From a virus, in the IMG/VR virus record IMGVR_UViG_3300010883_000011, positions 1 through 64,000 of that record: a stretch of DNA of 64,000 nucleotides, one strand, 5' to 3'. Under the pieces are notes generated by a model. That model was not told where the DNA came from and searched no databases. It worked only from the letters and a program-made list of their open reading frames with translations. Below are positions 17,445 to 29,100 of this stretch, in pieces (position 1 is the first letter of the stretch; every line of letters starts with the position of its first letter). The translations under genes were made by a program, and so were the position numbers.

Positions 17445-18446
17445 ATGGCTGACTACAACGTACCTACTTGGATGGGTGAATCAGACCCAGCCCGCAGGGA
17501 AGCATTTGAGCGTGCAATCAATGTTTCCAACGCTGGCAGCGTCCTGCTTCAAACCTTCATCAACCGCGTCGTCCAGCAGCTTTCGCTGCGGGAATTCGGT
17601 GTTCAGGCGGTTCTTGACCGCAGACCTGGATCTGGCAACGCGTCCTATGTCAACCGTCGTACCGTTGGGTCGACCGGTGGAGCATGGGTCGCTGACACAG
17701 CGTCGTTGACCGAGGAAACTGGCTCATACGCACAGACCTCGTTCACCTACCGCACTCTCGCCACCCGTGGCAAGGTGACCCGGAAGCTCCAAGCTACGGG
17801 CCGCAGCTACGGTGACGTGTTGGCACAGGAGATTTCGGGAAAAGCCGAAGACTTCGCCGCTGCACTTGAGAGCGCACTAATCATCGGTGACACCAACGCG
17901 TCTGCTGTCCAACTGAACGGATTGCTGACGCTTGTTTCCAACGTCGGTGCCAACGCTGTCACGTCGATTACCGACGCGGCTGGCGGTGACTCCCTGACGC
18001 TGGCGAAGCTCGACACTACGATTGATCAAGTGAAGGGCTCTGCCGCCCGTAGCGATCTGGTCATCGTGGGATCGTTCAACGGTATCCGCAAGGTCAACGC
18101 AGCACTCCAGTCGCAGCAGCGATTCATGGACACCACGGAAGTTGCCGCTGGTTTCCGCGTTCGCACCTACGATGGAATCCCCCTGGTCGTGTCAACGGCC
18201 ATGCCGAACGCCCTGGTCGTGACCTCTGGAGGAGCCGCCGTGAAGGCGTTTTCCGGTGGCTCGTCGACTGCGCTCGCCGTCATCAACAAGCGGTACATGT
18301 GGATCGAGGAACTGACCCCGACCACTGTGATGCCTCTTGCCAAGGACAGCAGCCAGTACGACCAATTTGATATGTTCTGGGATGGCGCATTGACCCTGTC
18401 AAACACCAAGGGCGCCGCCCTGTTGGTTGGCATCGCCGGCTCGTAA
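17445..18446 (+). CDS. Major capsid protein (HK97 fold)
   Basis: Position after protease; 333 aa; LIIGD...LNGL, TYDGIPL. Confidence 0.85.
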   Translation: MADYNVPTWMGESDPARREAFERAINVSNAGSVLLQTFINRVVQQLSLREFGVQAVLDRRPGSGNASYVNRRTVGSTGGAWVADTASLTEETGSYAQTSFTYRTLATRGKVTRKLQATGRSYGDVLAQEISGKAEDFAAALESALIIGDTNASAVQLNGLLTLVSNVGANAVTSITDAAGGDSLTLAKLDTTIDQVKGSAARSDLVIVGSFNGIRKVNAALQSQQRFMDTTEVAAGFRVRTYDGIPLVVSTAMPNALVVTSGGAAVKAFSGGSSTALAVINKRYMWIEELTPTTVMPLAKDSSQYDQFDMFWDGALTLSNTKGAALLVGIAGS

Positions 18447-18475
18447 CCGCGCTACACTGACCCCGCCCCCCACAT

Positions 18476-18508
18476 CGACCCCGTTAGGCACTGTGCCTCT
18501 CGGGGTCG
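18476..18508 (+). terminator. Hairpin after capsid gene
   Basis: CGACCCCG..AGGCA/TGCCT..CGGGGTCG. Confidence 0.55.
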
Positions 18509-18538
18509 TCGTGCTATGGTTGGAATGGAGGTATTCAA

Positions 18539-18850
18539 ATGCCCGAACAGCAAGTTCCGCCCACTCATTCTTTCAACTTCGTGTGTCGCCGATACGACAA
18601 GTCACCGGACCTTCCGTGGCTTGAAGCGACATACGAGGAAACCGTCGAAGCACGGCCCATTGAGTTGGACGGCGTTGTTGCCGCCACCCTGTTCATCAAA
18701 CGCGAAGACATGCGCGAACGAGCGGTTGCCCTCGGCTGGAAAGACGAGACAACGAGATGGAACGCACAGAACGTTACTGCGTCTGAAGAAATCACCCTGA
18801 CAACTACCGACGAACGCCCAAAGCGTCGCAGGTTACCACGGAAAAAGTAG
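18539..18850 (+). CDS. Hypothetical protein
   Basis: GGAGG RBS; abuts next gene. Confidence 0.6.
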   Translation: MPEQQVPPTHSFNFVCRRYDKSPDLPWLEATYEETVEARPIELDGVVAATLFIKREDMRERAVALGWKDETTRWNAQNVTASEEITLTTTDERPKRRRLPRKK

Positions 18851-19429
18851 ATGCCGGTTTTCAGTACGTTAGCGCGTTGCAAGTCGTTGCTGTCCATTCC
18901 GACTGCGGTGACGACACACGATATGCTGCTCACTACGCTGCTGTCCGTTTCGGATCAGATGATCCTGGACGAAATAGATCTCACTGGCACGAGCGTTACG
19001 ACCTACAGCGAAAAGTTTGACATTGATCGGGCGGGGACAAAAGATCTACAGGTCAACCGGACACCGCTTGTCTCGGTTACCGCACTTACCGTCTCGGAGG
19101 CGTTACAGGCGGCTACCACCTACTATTCGACAGCTTACGGGCAAGTGCGGCTAACGCAAGACGACGGCTTTTTTCCGGTAGGCAGGCAGGTCGTTGAGGT
19201 CTGCTATACAGCGGGCTTTGCCACAGTGCCTCAAGACCTACACCATGCGGGCACTTTGATTGTCGCAAGTCTTTTCAACTCTGGTCCCCATGTAGGGTTT
19301 CAGCGCGAAAGTGTTGGCTCGTACAGCTATGCGATTGGAAAAGCAGGAGCAGGCAATAGTCTTCCAACTATCGCACAACGTATTTTGTCTAAGTATAAGC
19401 GGGTGTTTGTGAAGCATCCCGGTCAATAG
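18851..19429 (+). CDS. Head-tail adaptor
   Basis: YTAGFATVPQDL..A, ESVGSYSY, IL.KYKR. Confidence 0.8.
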   Translation: MPVFSTLARCKSLLSIPTAVTTHDMLLTTLLSVSDQMILDEIDLTGTSVTTYSEKFDIDRAGTKDLQVNRTPLVSVTALTVSEALQAATTYYSTAYGQVRLTQDDGFFPVGRQVVEVCYTAGFATVPQDLHHAGTLIVASLFNSGPHVGFQRESVGSYSYAIGKAGAGNSLPTIAQRILSKYKRVFVKHPGQ

Positions 19430-19437
19430 GAGTTTCA

Positions 19438-19872
19438 GTGGCACTAACAATCATGCGACGCTCTACGAAAAACGGCGACAGAGATCCGTTCTTTACTCCA
19501 GAGGAAGCGGTAAAGATTCGTCTGCTGCCTGGAAATGTCACCGAGGCACACGTCAGGACGGGCGGCGCAAGGCAAATCTTGGAACGCAACGGGTTTGAAG
19601 TTGTAGTGGCACAGTCGGCCCCTGCGAAGAAAGCTGCTCCCGCGAAGAAGCCAGCACCCACACCAAAGCCAGCAGGCCCCCCTGCGCCGGAACCGTCTCT
19701 CGGTATTGAGTACGAAATTTTGCGTGGGTCGGTAACCGATTTGGAAAGGGGTCTTCGCACAGGTGAATACGACCACCAACTTGACGAGCTTCTTGAGTGC
19801 GAGAAGAATGGAAAGGGCCGGAAGACAGCGGTAGAGGCCATTCAAACGCGTATCGATCAAGCCGGGATGTAG
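19438..19872 (+). CDS. Hypothetical head-associated protein
   Basis: PAKK linker and E..GKGRKT...AI motif. Confidence 0.6.
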   Translation: MALTIMRRSTKNGDRDPFFTPEEAVKIRLLPGNVTEAHVRTGGARQILERNGFEVVVAQSAPAKKAAPAKKPAPTPKPAGPPAPEPSLGIEYEILRGSVTDLERGLRTGEYDHQLDELLECEKNGKGRKTAVEAIQTRIDQAGM

Positions 19873-19874
19873 AG

Positions 19875-20603
19875 ATGGCGAAAGCCCTCCAGAAACGAAA
19901 ACGGGAAAGCGAGCCTGCCCACCGAGCCTTGTTGTTGTTCTCTATGCAACAGGTTGGTCGACGCAGCGCCCGTGCTGCTGGGAGGGCTGTAGGCAGGTCC
20001 GAGTCGACTGCCCGTGAGTGGCGCAAGCGATGGGATTGGGACGAACGGTCTGAAGGAAAGTTGTCGGAAGTACAGGGTATCGCTGTTTACCGCGCTCTTT
20101 ATTATCAAGAGTTCAAGCTGCGCGAAGTGATCGAAGTCGAAGACCGAATGGCTGCTCCATTCATGCCCGACACCCCGGTTCCTGCGTCCGTCGCCGCCGC
20201 CGTGAAAGACGCCATTCATCCAGACAAACGAAAAGACAAAGAACGTGAACGCGAAAAGCTCAACCAAACGCGGCATGTTGCTTTGATCGATGGAGCATTG
20301 GGCTATATCGCCCAATCGCTACAGGCTGGTGAGATTAGAGCAAGCCTACGAGACATCCCGCTTCTTCTTCGGATGCGAGAAGAACTCCAACTGGCTCTTC
20401 ACCCTTCAACATCGAGTAACGGCGTGTCTCTTATAGAGTCGACCCGTGTGCGTTATGCAAAGGAAACAGGGTCTGACACCCTAATCGCGATGCACGAAGA
20501 CTCCGTGGAGATCACGACCATTCTTGGCGCACTTGTGGCTGCAAAGCAGCTTCAAGCCGAACGTGCAGAAGAAAGCGCGGCTGTACTTGAAGAGGCGCAG
20601 TAG
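19875..20603 (+). CDS. Putative terminase small subunit-like HTH protein
   Basis: ES..A.RA...RS..A....GRSEST..EW...WDWDER N-terminus. Confidence 0.5.
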   Translation: MAKALQKRKRESEPAHRALLLFSMQQVGRRSARAAGRAVGRSESTAREWRKRWDWDERSEGKLSEVQGIAVYRALYYQEFKLREVIEVEDRMAAPFMPDTPVPASVAAAVKDAIHPDKRKDKEREREKLNQTRHVALIDGALGYIAQSLQAGEIRASLRDIPLLLRMREELQLALHPSTSSNGVSLIESTRVRYAKETGSDTLIAMHEDSVEITTILGALVAAKQLQAERAEESAAVLEEAQ

Positions 20604-20644
20604 CGGACCTCGCCTGGGGCGCTATAACAGCACCGGAGGTATAG

Positions 20645-21763
20645 ATGCGCGTTTTAGTTACGGGTGGTGCTGGGTTCATCGGATCGCATGTTGTAGACAT
20701 GCTTGTGCAGAACGGAGAGGACGTTGTCGTCTACGATTCTCTTGACCAGCAGGTTCACGGGCAGGACGCAGATTGGCCCGACTACTGCAACGAGAAGGCA
20801 GCATACATCAAGGGCGATGTTCGTGATAGCGCCTTGCTTCGAAAGTCCTGTGTTGGTGTAGAAGCCATCATTCACCTCGCCGCGAAGGTTGGGGTGGGAC
20901 AGAGCGCCTATGACATCGCCGACTATGTAGACGCGAATGTTGTTGGAACCGCAAAGCTGTTTGAAACTATTGTTTCAGTTTGCCCAGATCTTCAACGGCT
21001 GATTGTGGCGGGCAGCATGAGCACCTATGGCGAAGGCATGTACCTACGCCCAGGACAAGGCAGCGTGCCCGGAATCGTCAGATCGACCAAAGACCTTCTC
21101 AACCGTCGCTTTGAAATGTACGACAGTGTTTCTGGAGAAGCCCTCCAGCCAGTCGGAACACCAGAATGGAAACGACGTGATTGTCAATCGGTCTACGCCC
21201 TTACAAAACGGGACCAGGAAGACATGACACTTCTGTTCGGCAAACAGCGAAACCTGTCTGTGTGTGTTCCACGGTTCTTCAATGTCTACGGACCAAGACA
21301 GGCACTTGGAAACCCATACACGGGCGTCGTAGCCATCTTCTCCAATCAGATCAAGGCAGGTGACCAACCGTTGATCTACGAGGACGGACAACAAACACGC
21401 GACTTCATTCACGTTTTCGATATCGCACGTTCAGTGTTGGCGATGTTGTACGGCGGCTCTATGGGCATTTTGAATGTCGGCACAGGTGTCCCCACAACCA
21501 TTCTCGGCCTCGCCCTGAAGCTGCTTGGTCTGCATGACCGTTGCGACCTTGCGCCAGACGTGCGTGGTCTTTACCGTAGCGGCGATATTCGTCATTGTTA
21601 TGCCGCGATAGAGAAGCTTGAAAAGGAAGTCTTCGACTGGAAACCTATGACGCTGGACGATGGGCTGCCCGATTTGCTTGCGTGGACAGCCACCCAAGAG
21701 GCGCGTCCAGAAATGTCGTTCCAGGCTCATCGAGAGCTATTGCGTGAGGGAATGCTTCAATGA
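20645..21763 (+). CDS. NAD-dependent nucleotide-sugar epimerase/dehydratase
   Basis: TGGAGFIG, HLAA, YALTK, RFFNVYGP, RDFIHV. Confidence 0.92.
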   Translation: MRVLVTGGAGFIGSHVVDMLVQNGEDVVVYDSLDQQVHGQDADWPDYCNEKAAYIKGDVRDSALLRKSCVGVEAIIHLAAKVGVGQSAYDIADYVDANVVGTAKLFETIVSVCPDLQRLIVAGSMSTYGEGMYLRPGQGSVPGIVRSTKDLLNRRFEMYDSVSGEALQPVGTPEWKRRDCQSVYALTKRDQEDMTLLFGKQRNLSVCVPRFFNVYGPRQALGNPYTGVVAIFSNQIKAGDQPLIYEDGQQTRDFIHVFDIARSVLAMLYGGSMGILNVGTGVPTTILGLALKLLGLHDRCDLAPDVRGLYRSGDIRHCYAAIEKLEKEVFDWKPMTLDDGLPDLLAWTATQEARPEMSFQAHRELLREGMLQ

Positions 21764-22419
21764 TTGTTTCCATAGGAGATGTTCTGTTGAGGTCGGAGGG
21801 AGACTATTTGGGGCTCTCGGTCAGAATAGCTGATCGGCTCTCTACACTTCCTGGTGGCGGGTGGCACGAAACAGCCGAGATCACAACAAGCCAGGGTATT
21901 AGAGATCTTCTCAATCTCATCGCTGAAAGTAACGTGTTTAGCAGGCTCTCAGAAAATGATACAGTCGTCTTGTGTGTTGGCGTCCACGACGCGAGAGGCA
22001 ATATGCCCCAAGGTCCGTGGTTCAAAGCGTATGATCATCTCTTGGAGTCCACAATTCGTAGTGGGTGCGGCACCATCGTTGTATTGATTCCGCCAAACCA
22101 ATCCAAACCACACGGCACTGCGGCATCGCGTAGATGGCTTCGGAGGGCCGCCGAGCATATCAAGACCAGCGCAAACGGTGTCGTTGGTGTTCAGGTGGTA
22201 GATCCAAACACCAGCCAAGGATTTCTCCCCAACGTCTGGGTCAATGATTGTGAACTCACGTCGCAGGGATATGTTGATTTAGCAATCGAAGTTGTCGGTC
22301 ATATTGCGGCTGACAACGTCAAAACGGACGTACCCGTGGTGGTTGCCTCTGTACCAGGACCCGCGCATGGTGTTACCATTACCATGCCTGCTGACCGAAA
22401 AAGATGGAGGGGCGCATGA
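21760..22419 (+). CDS. Degenerate SGNH/GDSL-hydrolase-like protein
   Basis: SIGDV, VGVHD and ND.ELT..GY at block positions; catalytic Ser and His appear absent. Confidence 0.5.
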   Translation: MIVSIGDVLLRSEGDYLGLSVRIADRLSTLPGGGWHETAEITTSQGIRDLLNLIAESNVFSRLSENDTVVLCVGVHDARGNMPQGPWFKAYDHLLESTIRSGCGTIVVLIPPNQSKPHGTAASRRWLRRAAEHIKTSANGVVGVQVVDPNTSQGFLPNVWVNDCELTSQGYVDLAIEVVGHIAADNVKTDVPVVVASVPGPAHGVTITMPADRKRWRGA

Positions 22420-22943
22420 CCACAAGAATCGTAGTCACCGGGGGCGTTGACCGAACCTCACACCCCGGACACCCAGATCTGTTGAGGTGCGATGCTATCG
22501 TAGCTTTTGAATGTCTCGGTGAGGACACCAAGGGCTCGCACTACAACAACAACCCCATCTTCTATCCTGATGACGACCCAACCGTAGTGGTCGTAGCTGG
22601 TGTCTCGCTTGTCATGGGGCCAGATAAAAAGGAAACCGCAGACTTGGCTCTGGCGTCGCCGCATGGATCTCTTGTTGTGGTTGTGACAGGCAAGAAAGCC
22701 ATCAATGTGGCACGAGCACTCAAGGCGGAAAAGAAAAATCGGAATGTGGTTATCGAGGTGATTGGTGCCGACGTTGTTTGCGAGGTGATGGGAAATGCGT
22801 CATCGGAAGTGCGTCGATACCCACTGTTTCACCAGGACGAGCCAATCGAAATCGCGGTTGAAGAACCAGAAGCCGAGCAACCGCCCGAACCGGAACCGCA
22901 ACCTGCTGGCGACGAGCACCAAGAGGAGTCCCCTGAAGGATGA
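22416..22943 (+). CDS. Hypothetical protein
   Basis: ATGA-coupled at both ends; acidic tail. Confidence 0.6.
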   Translation: MTTRIVVTGGVDRTSHPGHPDLLRCDAIVAFECLGEDTKGSHYNNNPIFYPDDDPTVVVVAGVSLVMGPDKKETADLALASPHGSLVVVVTGKKAINVARALKAEKKNRNVVIEVIGADVVCEVMGNASSEVRRYPLFHQDEPIEIAVEEPEAEQPPEPEPQPAGDEHQEESPEG

Positions 22944-23569
22944 ACTACGCGCTAGCTGGCAGGGCTTTCAATGTCTACCGTCAAACAGCGTTTATCCTTG
23001 ATTCTACCGCTGCAACGGCTTCTATCACCATCACACGCCAACCCAAGCGTGAGTGCGTTGTTCAGATCAAGATCACAGGTGGTACGACCAACACGGGGAC
23101 GGTTCTGCTCACTGGCACAGTGGGGGGCGCCACAGGCCAGACGGAGACGCTGACCTTTACTGGAGCCGGTACCCAGCTTTCCACAAAGCGGTTTACAGCG
23201 ATTAGCGCCGCCACTACCAGCGGGCTGGCAGACGAGGCAACGCCACCAACTATGACGATTGAGGCGGTTGGGACCGGTGGTTCTCGTCAGAACGCAAGCT
23301 ACTTATTTCGGTCTGGTGTCAAGGTAAGCATGAATCACGCTGGTACGCAGTGGGCCATTGGAGACATTCCTGGTTCCGCCGAGCGTGAGAAGGTTGGGTT
23401 CCTCATTCCATTCGACCCGTCTTGGACGACGCGAGAAGGAGATATTTTCATCGATGATTGGAACGCCGAACAGTATATGGTTGAGGGAGTATCGTTGATG
23501 CGCGGGCCAAAGTTTGGCTCACCCGTCTTTTATCAGGTTAGAGCAGTACGGAGAGATGGGTCAGTCTGA
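22940..23569 (+). CDS. Virion structural protein (head-closure-like C-terminus)
   Basis: T/G-rich N-terminus; REGD.F.D...YMVEGV. Confidence 0.5.
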   Translation: MNYALAGRAFNVYRQTAFILDSTAATASITITRQPKRECVVQIKITGGTTNTGTVLLTGTVGGATGQTETLTFTGAGTQLSTKRFTAISAATTSGLADEATPPTMTIEAVGTGGSRQNASYLFRSGVKVSMNHAGTQWAIGDIPGSAEREKVGFLIPFDPSWTTREGDIFIDDWNAEQYMVEGVSLMRGPKFGSPVFYQVRAVRRDGSV

Positions 23570-23592
23570 TACACTCTTTGTCGGAGGTTCAA

Positions 23593-24003
23593 ATGGGAAA
23601 TCCACGCGCCGCAGGCGGCAGCAGACTTTACGTCAGGCACTATACTGGCTCGGGAACGAGCGTCGGCTCCTCGTATGCGGAGGTGGAAATCTCCGTACCA
23701 GACCGTGGCATGTTGAGGCGCATTCGCGCCGATGTGACTGCGGGAACCTCTATTAGTCAGGTATCGCTGGAAATCCGCGAAACAACTGGAGCTACCGGAA
23801 ACGGCGTTATCGCCCTCTATCCGCTTCAGAGTGAACCGCTTGACGATGATCTTTCTGTGGGTCCACTTTTTTATCAACTGGCCGGTACCGGGAGTCTTCC
23901 CGATGAGACTACGTCTGGCACGTTGTTTGTCGCTGTCAAAGTCGACGACGCCACAGCAGACCATACTGTCGCTATCAGTCTCGACATTGAAGCGGTGGAT
24001 TAG
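23593..24003 (+). CDS. Hypothetical structural protein
   Basis: Beta-rich; GGAGG RBS. Confidence 0.55.
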   Translation: MGNPRAAGGSRLYVRHYTGSGTSVGSSYAEVEISVPDRGMLRRIRADVTAGTSISQVSLEIRETTGATGNGVIALYPLQSEPLDDDLSVGPLFYQLAGTGSLPDETTSGTLFVAVKVDDATADHTVAISLDIEAVD

Positions 24004-24011
24004 GAGGCAAC

Positions 24012-26054
24012 ATGGCGACCAGAACAACCCCGCCGAGGGCTCTTGCATCGGCCCAATGGAAAGAGCCAGTCGCCACGCAAGGTGCGTTGCCATCTAGCGG
24101 AAACACTGCCGGAGATATCCGAGAGGTGCTTGATGATGGCGACGGCAAACCGGCCATCTACCAGTGGGGCGGATCATCCTGGCTGAAGATTGCCGACCCT
24201 GACGCGGCGGGAGGCAGCGGCACCGTCACCAGTGTGACTCTCTCGTCGGACAGCGGCTCGACATCGGCTATCACAGCCTCTGGAACGTTCACGGTTGCTG
24301 GTGGAACCAACGTGTCCACCTCCGCTACTGGTACAACGGTCACAGTTACATCGACAGATCAATACGAAGGCACCGTCACGAGCGTAACCCCAGCCGCAGA
24401 CAGTGGGTCTGGTACGGCGATCACTTCAACCGGCACGCTTACAGCTACTGGTGGAACAGGAATCACCACTTCGGTGAGTGGCACGACAGTTACCATTGAT
24501 GCAGACAACAATGGGACAGTCACCAGCGTCACACCAGGGGCGGATTCTGGAAGCGGTACTGCCATCACTGGCAGTGGGACCATCACTGTCGCTGGCACCT
24601 CCAATGAGGTAGACACGTCCGTATCCGGCACCACCGTGACGGTGGGCCTACCCGACGACGTGACCGTGGGCAACACGCTCACGGTAGACACGGATGTCAC
24701 AGACACAACAACCCACACGACCGCCGCTTCCCATATTGACTTTGACGCGACGGGCATCATCGCAACAGGTCAAACCGGAAACAACATCGGCCTAAACCTG
24801 GACCTCAACTCCGACTCACCCACAATGGTTGGAACGGTGAACAACACCGGGTTGGATATCGACTTGGTGGGCGGGGCTTCTGGTACTCAAACGAACACCG
24901 GAATCGATGTCAATGTCTCCGGCGCTGCCACGAACTACTCTGCCATTTTCATGGGCGGAAACGTGGGCATTGGAACGACGGAACCAACATATGCCCTTGA
25001 GGTCGCTGGTAATGTCGGGTTCGACGAGTATCTGTACCACAACGACGATCCCGACACGTTCATCCGACTACAGGCAAATGCGCTTGATATCAACTGCGGC
25101 AATGTAAAGCTAATCAGCTACTACGAGACGGGCAACGATGCTGTCCACGTCAACCCACAAAACGGGGATGTCAACTTCCAGGTTGATGCGAGTGGAGGAG
25201 TAGAGGCAGACTATGCGTTTTTTGTTGATGCCGGGCTAAATAAGGTTTCAATCGGTACTGGCACTCCAAAGACCAAGTTGACGGTTGCGGGGGCGATTAC
25301 TCTTGTAGAGCAAGCCGCTGCCGATGCAAGCGTTGAGACCTACGGCCAAATCTGGGTGAACACGGCTACGCCAAACGAACTCTACTTCACGACAGATGCT
25401 GGGGATGATATCCCGATTACATCTGGTACGGCTGTTGCTTCGGTGACGAGCCTTGACTTGGCATCTGATAGTGGAAGCACCAGCGCAATCACTACCAGCG
25501 GCACGCTCACGATTGCAGGCACCGCCAACGAGATCGAAACGAGCGCCACCGGAACAACTGTGACTGTTGGTCTTCCGTCCAACGTGGTTATCGCTGGCGA
25601 CCTCAAGGTGAGCGGGAACGACATTGAGGACTCTGGCGACAACAACATCATTGGGTCGGACGGAAGCGGAAACATTGATATCGCGGCGTCGACTAAAACC
25701 ACATCCATTTCTGGTCCGACGATTCATGGAGAGGGAATTCGTCAGGCATTCACAGAGATTAGTGTGCTTGGGGCGACTGCGTTAGACACGACCAACACCT
25801 GGATCAACGCTAACGCTGCCAGCAATGCCGTCAACCTCACCCTTCCAAGTGCGGCTGGGGTTGGTCCTGGGTTCTTGTTGTTTATCCATGACTTCAACGG
25901 AACCGGGGCTACGAATAACATTGTGATCTCTCGCGCTGGCTCCGACACGATTGGCGGGGCCGTCAGCAAGACCATCTCAATGGCTAACGGGCATCTGGAA
26001 GTCATTTCCAATGGCGTAAATGCGTGGGGCGTTATCAGCGAGCTACTGTCTTGA
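24012..26054 (+). CDS. Fibre/adhesin-like protein with internal repeats
   Basis: Four VTS...DSGS..AIT.SGT.T repeats; GNVGIGTT.P...LEV.G fibre motif. Confidence 0.7.
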   Translation: MATRTTPPRALASAQWKEPVATQGALPSSGNTAGDIREVLDDGDGKPAIYQWGGSSWLKIADPDAAGGSGTVTSVTLSSDSGSTSAITASGTFTVAGGTNVSTSATGTTVTVTSTDQYEGTVTSVTPAADSGSGTAITSTGTLTATGGTGITTSVSGTTVTIDADNNGTVTSVTPGADSGSGTAITGSGTITVAGTSNEVDTSVSGTTVTVGLPDDVTVGNTLTVDTDVTDTTTHTTAASHIDFDATGIIATGQTGNNIGLNLDLNSDSPTMVGTVNNTGLDIDLVGGASGTQTNTGIDVNVSGAATNYSAIFMGGNVGIGTTEPTYALEVAGNVGFDEYLYHNDDPDTFIRLQANALDINCGNVKLISYYETGNDAVHVNPQNGDVNFQVDASGGVEADYAFFVDAGLNKVSIGTGTPKTKLTVAGAITLVEQAAADASVETYGQIWVNTATPNELYFTTDAGDDIPITSGTAVASVTSLDLASDSGSTSAITTSGTLTIAGTANEIETSATGTTVTVGLPSNVVIAGDLKVSGNDIEDSGDNNIIGSDGSGNIDIAASTKTTSISGPTIHGEGIRQAFTEISVLGATALDTTNTWINANAASNAVNLTLPSAAGVGPGFLLFIHDFNGTGATNNIVISRAGSDTIGGAVSKTISMANGHLEVISNGVNAWGVISELLS

Positions 26055-26115
26055 TAGAATAGCTACCCGCATACAATGTGCGGGTTATTGAACCGGCAAT
26101 ATAGACGCCCAGGAG

Positions 26116-29100
26116 GTGCAAATGCCAACCGAACCGATGCTGCCAGCCACCAATGAAATCACGCTCGACGAAGACAACCTTGTCTTGATCGTTGTTCCAA
26201 CCGTCGCGGACCCAGATGTTCTGGTTCCAACTATTGTGAGCCTTGCGACTCGTCTGCCGTACTCCACACGGGTTGTGCTGGCTGTCAATTCGGATCGCCC
26301 CGAGCTTGCGAAGAAAGCAGTCGAACAGTGCCAGAATGTGAAGCTGCCTAACGGCGACCCAATGAACCTTGATGTGTATTGGGATGATGGCCTTGTTGGA
26401 TTCGGAAACGCGATCAACCACGGCATTATGCACGCCGCACAAACTGGTGGTCTGCCCCCGTACACCATCGTTTTCAACGATGACCTGCGTGTCACAGAGG
26501 GGTGGATGCAGGGGCTTATTGCGGCAGCGGAAGCCGACTACATTCACCTGTTGAGCGAGCCAGCCCAACCTATACGGTCGACCATGAACATCGACACCGA
26601 CGATGACGCGCTGGTTCACCCCCCACGGGACCGCAACCTCTATGGGAGGGTGGGCATGGTTGGTCCCGTGACCGACTGTGCGGCTGGGGTGCAACAGGTC
26701 GTGCATGACCAGGGCTCGCGAAAGGCCATGATCTCATCTGTGGACGGCTACGAACAGTTTGCCGCCGGATGGAGAGCCGCCAACGAAGGGAAAATATTTT
26801 CGACTTCCTTCTTGTCTGGCTACTGCATGATGTTCACAAGGGACTGCCTTGTAGACTTGTTTCTCAAGGACGCCTCTGGAGAAAACTATACAGGCCCCTT
26901 CGATGGTGACCAGTACCCGGTAGCGGGATTTGAAGACAACGACATCTGCCTGCGTGCGGAGTTGTTGGGTTGGCGTCAGGCCGTGGCCTATGACACCTTC
27001 ATCGGGCACCTTGGTCATCAGACCTTTGACCGGGCGTTCCCAGAAGAGTTGCGCGGAATGCGGAATCGATTGCAGTACCTTCGACGGTGGCGCGATTTCA
27101 ACAACCACGAAGAACCCCTCAAGCTGGTCGGGATGTACCGAGCCCGCATCGGGAACGTCAACGATCTCCACGTTTTTCGACAGTCGGTATTGCGCCACTC
27201 ATCTGTGTTGGATGGGTTCGCGGTGATGCTGACAAACAATCCTCTCGATATGCAAGACGGCAACGATTGGGAAATGTTGAAGCCGTCTTTGCGGCCCGAA
27301 GACCTTGAAATGCTGCAAGCGTGTAGCGAGGCTTCTCAACAAGAAGTCACGGCTGCTTTGCAGACATGGCTGACCCGGCTTGTGGAACAGAACCCCGGCG
27401 GCTGTTGTGGAGACATTCAAGTCGACGCTTGGACCGGCTCATTCAATGAACGGGATGAACGAAACGCGGGTATCGCCCTTGCGGAGTCCATGGACGCGGA
27501 CTGGATTATCTCCATTGACACAGACGAGTTTTTGGAAGACCGCGTTACGCGCAGGTTGCTTGACAGGATCATGCTCCATCCAGATCCTATGGTCGATAGC
27601 GTAGACGTTGGTTGGTTGAATCATTGGGACTCCACCCGCTCGGTACGCATTGACAGACCGTGGGGAGACGACGGTACGCACACGGGCGGTATGCGTGGGC
27701 CCCGGCTGTGGCGGGTCTGCAAAGCTGCTCCCAAGCGCATCCAGGCTGGAAACTACCTCGGGCTCCACTGCGGCAACGCCCCGGAGTCAAACAACTTTTC
27801 TCGCGTGATTAGCGGAATTCGATTCCGGCACTTTGGGTACACAAGGGACATGGATCGGGCGACAAAATATGCCCGCTACATGCAAATCGATCCGACGCCG
27901 GATCTGAACATGGTCGGACCTAACGGCTACACGCACATTGTCGACGACGAAGGGATGCGTCTACGCCCATACGTTTCATCGAACGGAATCGGTTTCTTCA
28001 TGTTGTGCCACGCTGGGGAAGACATCGGGCAACTCATGAACTGGCTACACCAGACATACGCGCTCGTTGACCGTCAGATGCTCGTATGGACCGATGCGTG
28101 GAACGACGACGACAAGTCCTGGACCGAGATGTCAGGGGCAAAGATCGAGGCGATCACAGAATGGCCCGCCACCGGACCAAGCCAGGAGCTTGCAGAGTTC
28201 TGCGCGTACTATGGCGTTCAGTGGGTTCATAAAGAGCTTGACGATAACTTGGCCGAGGCACGCAACGCTGGTATCGATGCCATGCGTGAACACCACAAGG
28301 AAGGTGTTGGTTGGGCGTGGTTTATGGACCCAGACGAATGGGTAAATTGGGGGGAAGCTGCTTACGCTATCCGCTCGATGGCGGAGATCTCGGATTCTTG
28401 GGGTTGGATGTTGAAGTTCCGAAACATCCACAACGACGGCGAAGACTTCAGCTATTCCGAACGTGTTTCTCTTTGTCGGCTCGACAAGGAGGGACGGATG
28501 AGAATGAATGGCAGGGTGCATGAGGGCTTTGACAAGTCGCTCGCTGCTATCCAAGAAAGCGGAATACACCCACGTCTTCGGTATGCTCCATTTGAGTCGA
28601 TCCATCTTGGGCTCAACAAGACGCCGGAACAGATCCAGAAGAAGCTGCAATACTACACTGGCTTACTTTTGAAGCAGCTTGAAGAAGACCCGCTGTCTCC
28701 AGGTAGCTGGACCTCACTCGGGCTTCAGCTTGTCAATGAGGGACAAGTCGAAAAGGCTATCGAGTGCTACGAGCGTGGAATCTTGTGCGCTGGTAACTCC
28801 TATCTGCCATACAAAGAACTCGGCCTTGTCTATCTACGATTGGCACGCCAACTGTTTGAACAAGTGCGCGACCTCACTATCGAGGAACACAAATTTCATC
28901 AGTACGCAGTGGAGATCGTCGAGTCCGTTTCGCGCTTTGCCCCGGAACAAGCCATCATTGGTATGCCGCATCCAGATGGAGAAACCAATTCGTTTGAGCT
29001 ACCGCATTTTCCGTTTGAGATGATGGTGCAAAACGAGGTTCTTGAGGTAGAGGCACCGGTTGTTGAGGTAGAATGCACAAATGGCAAAACCACTCATGCA

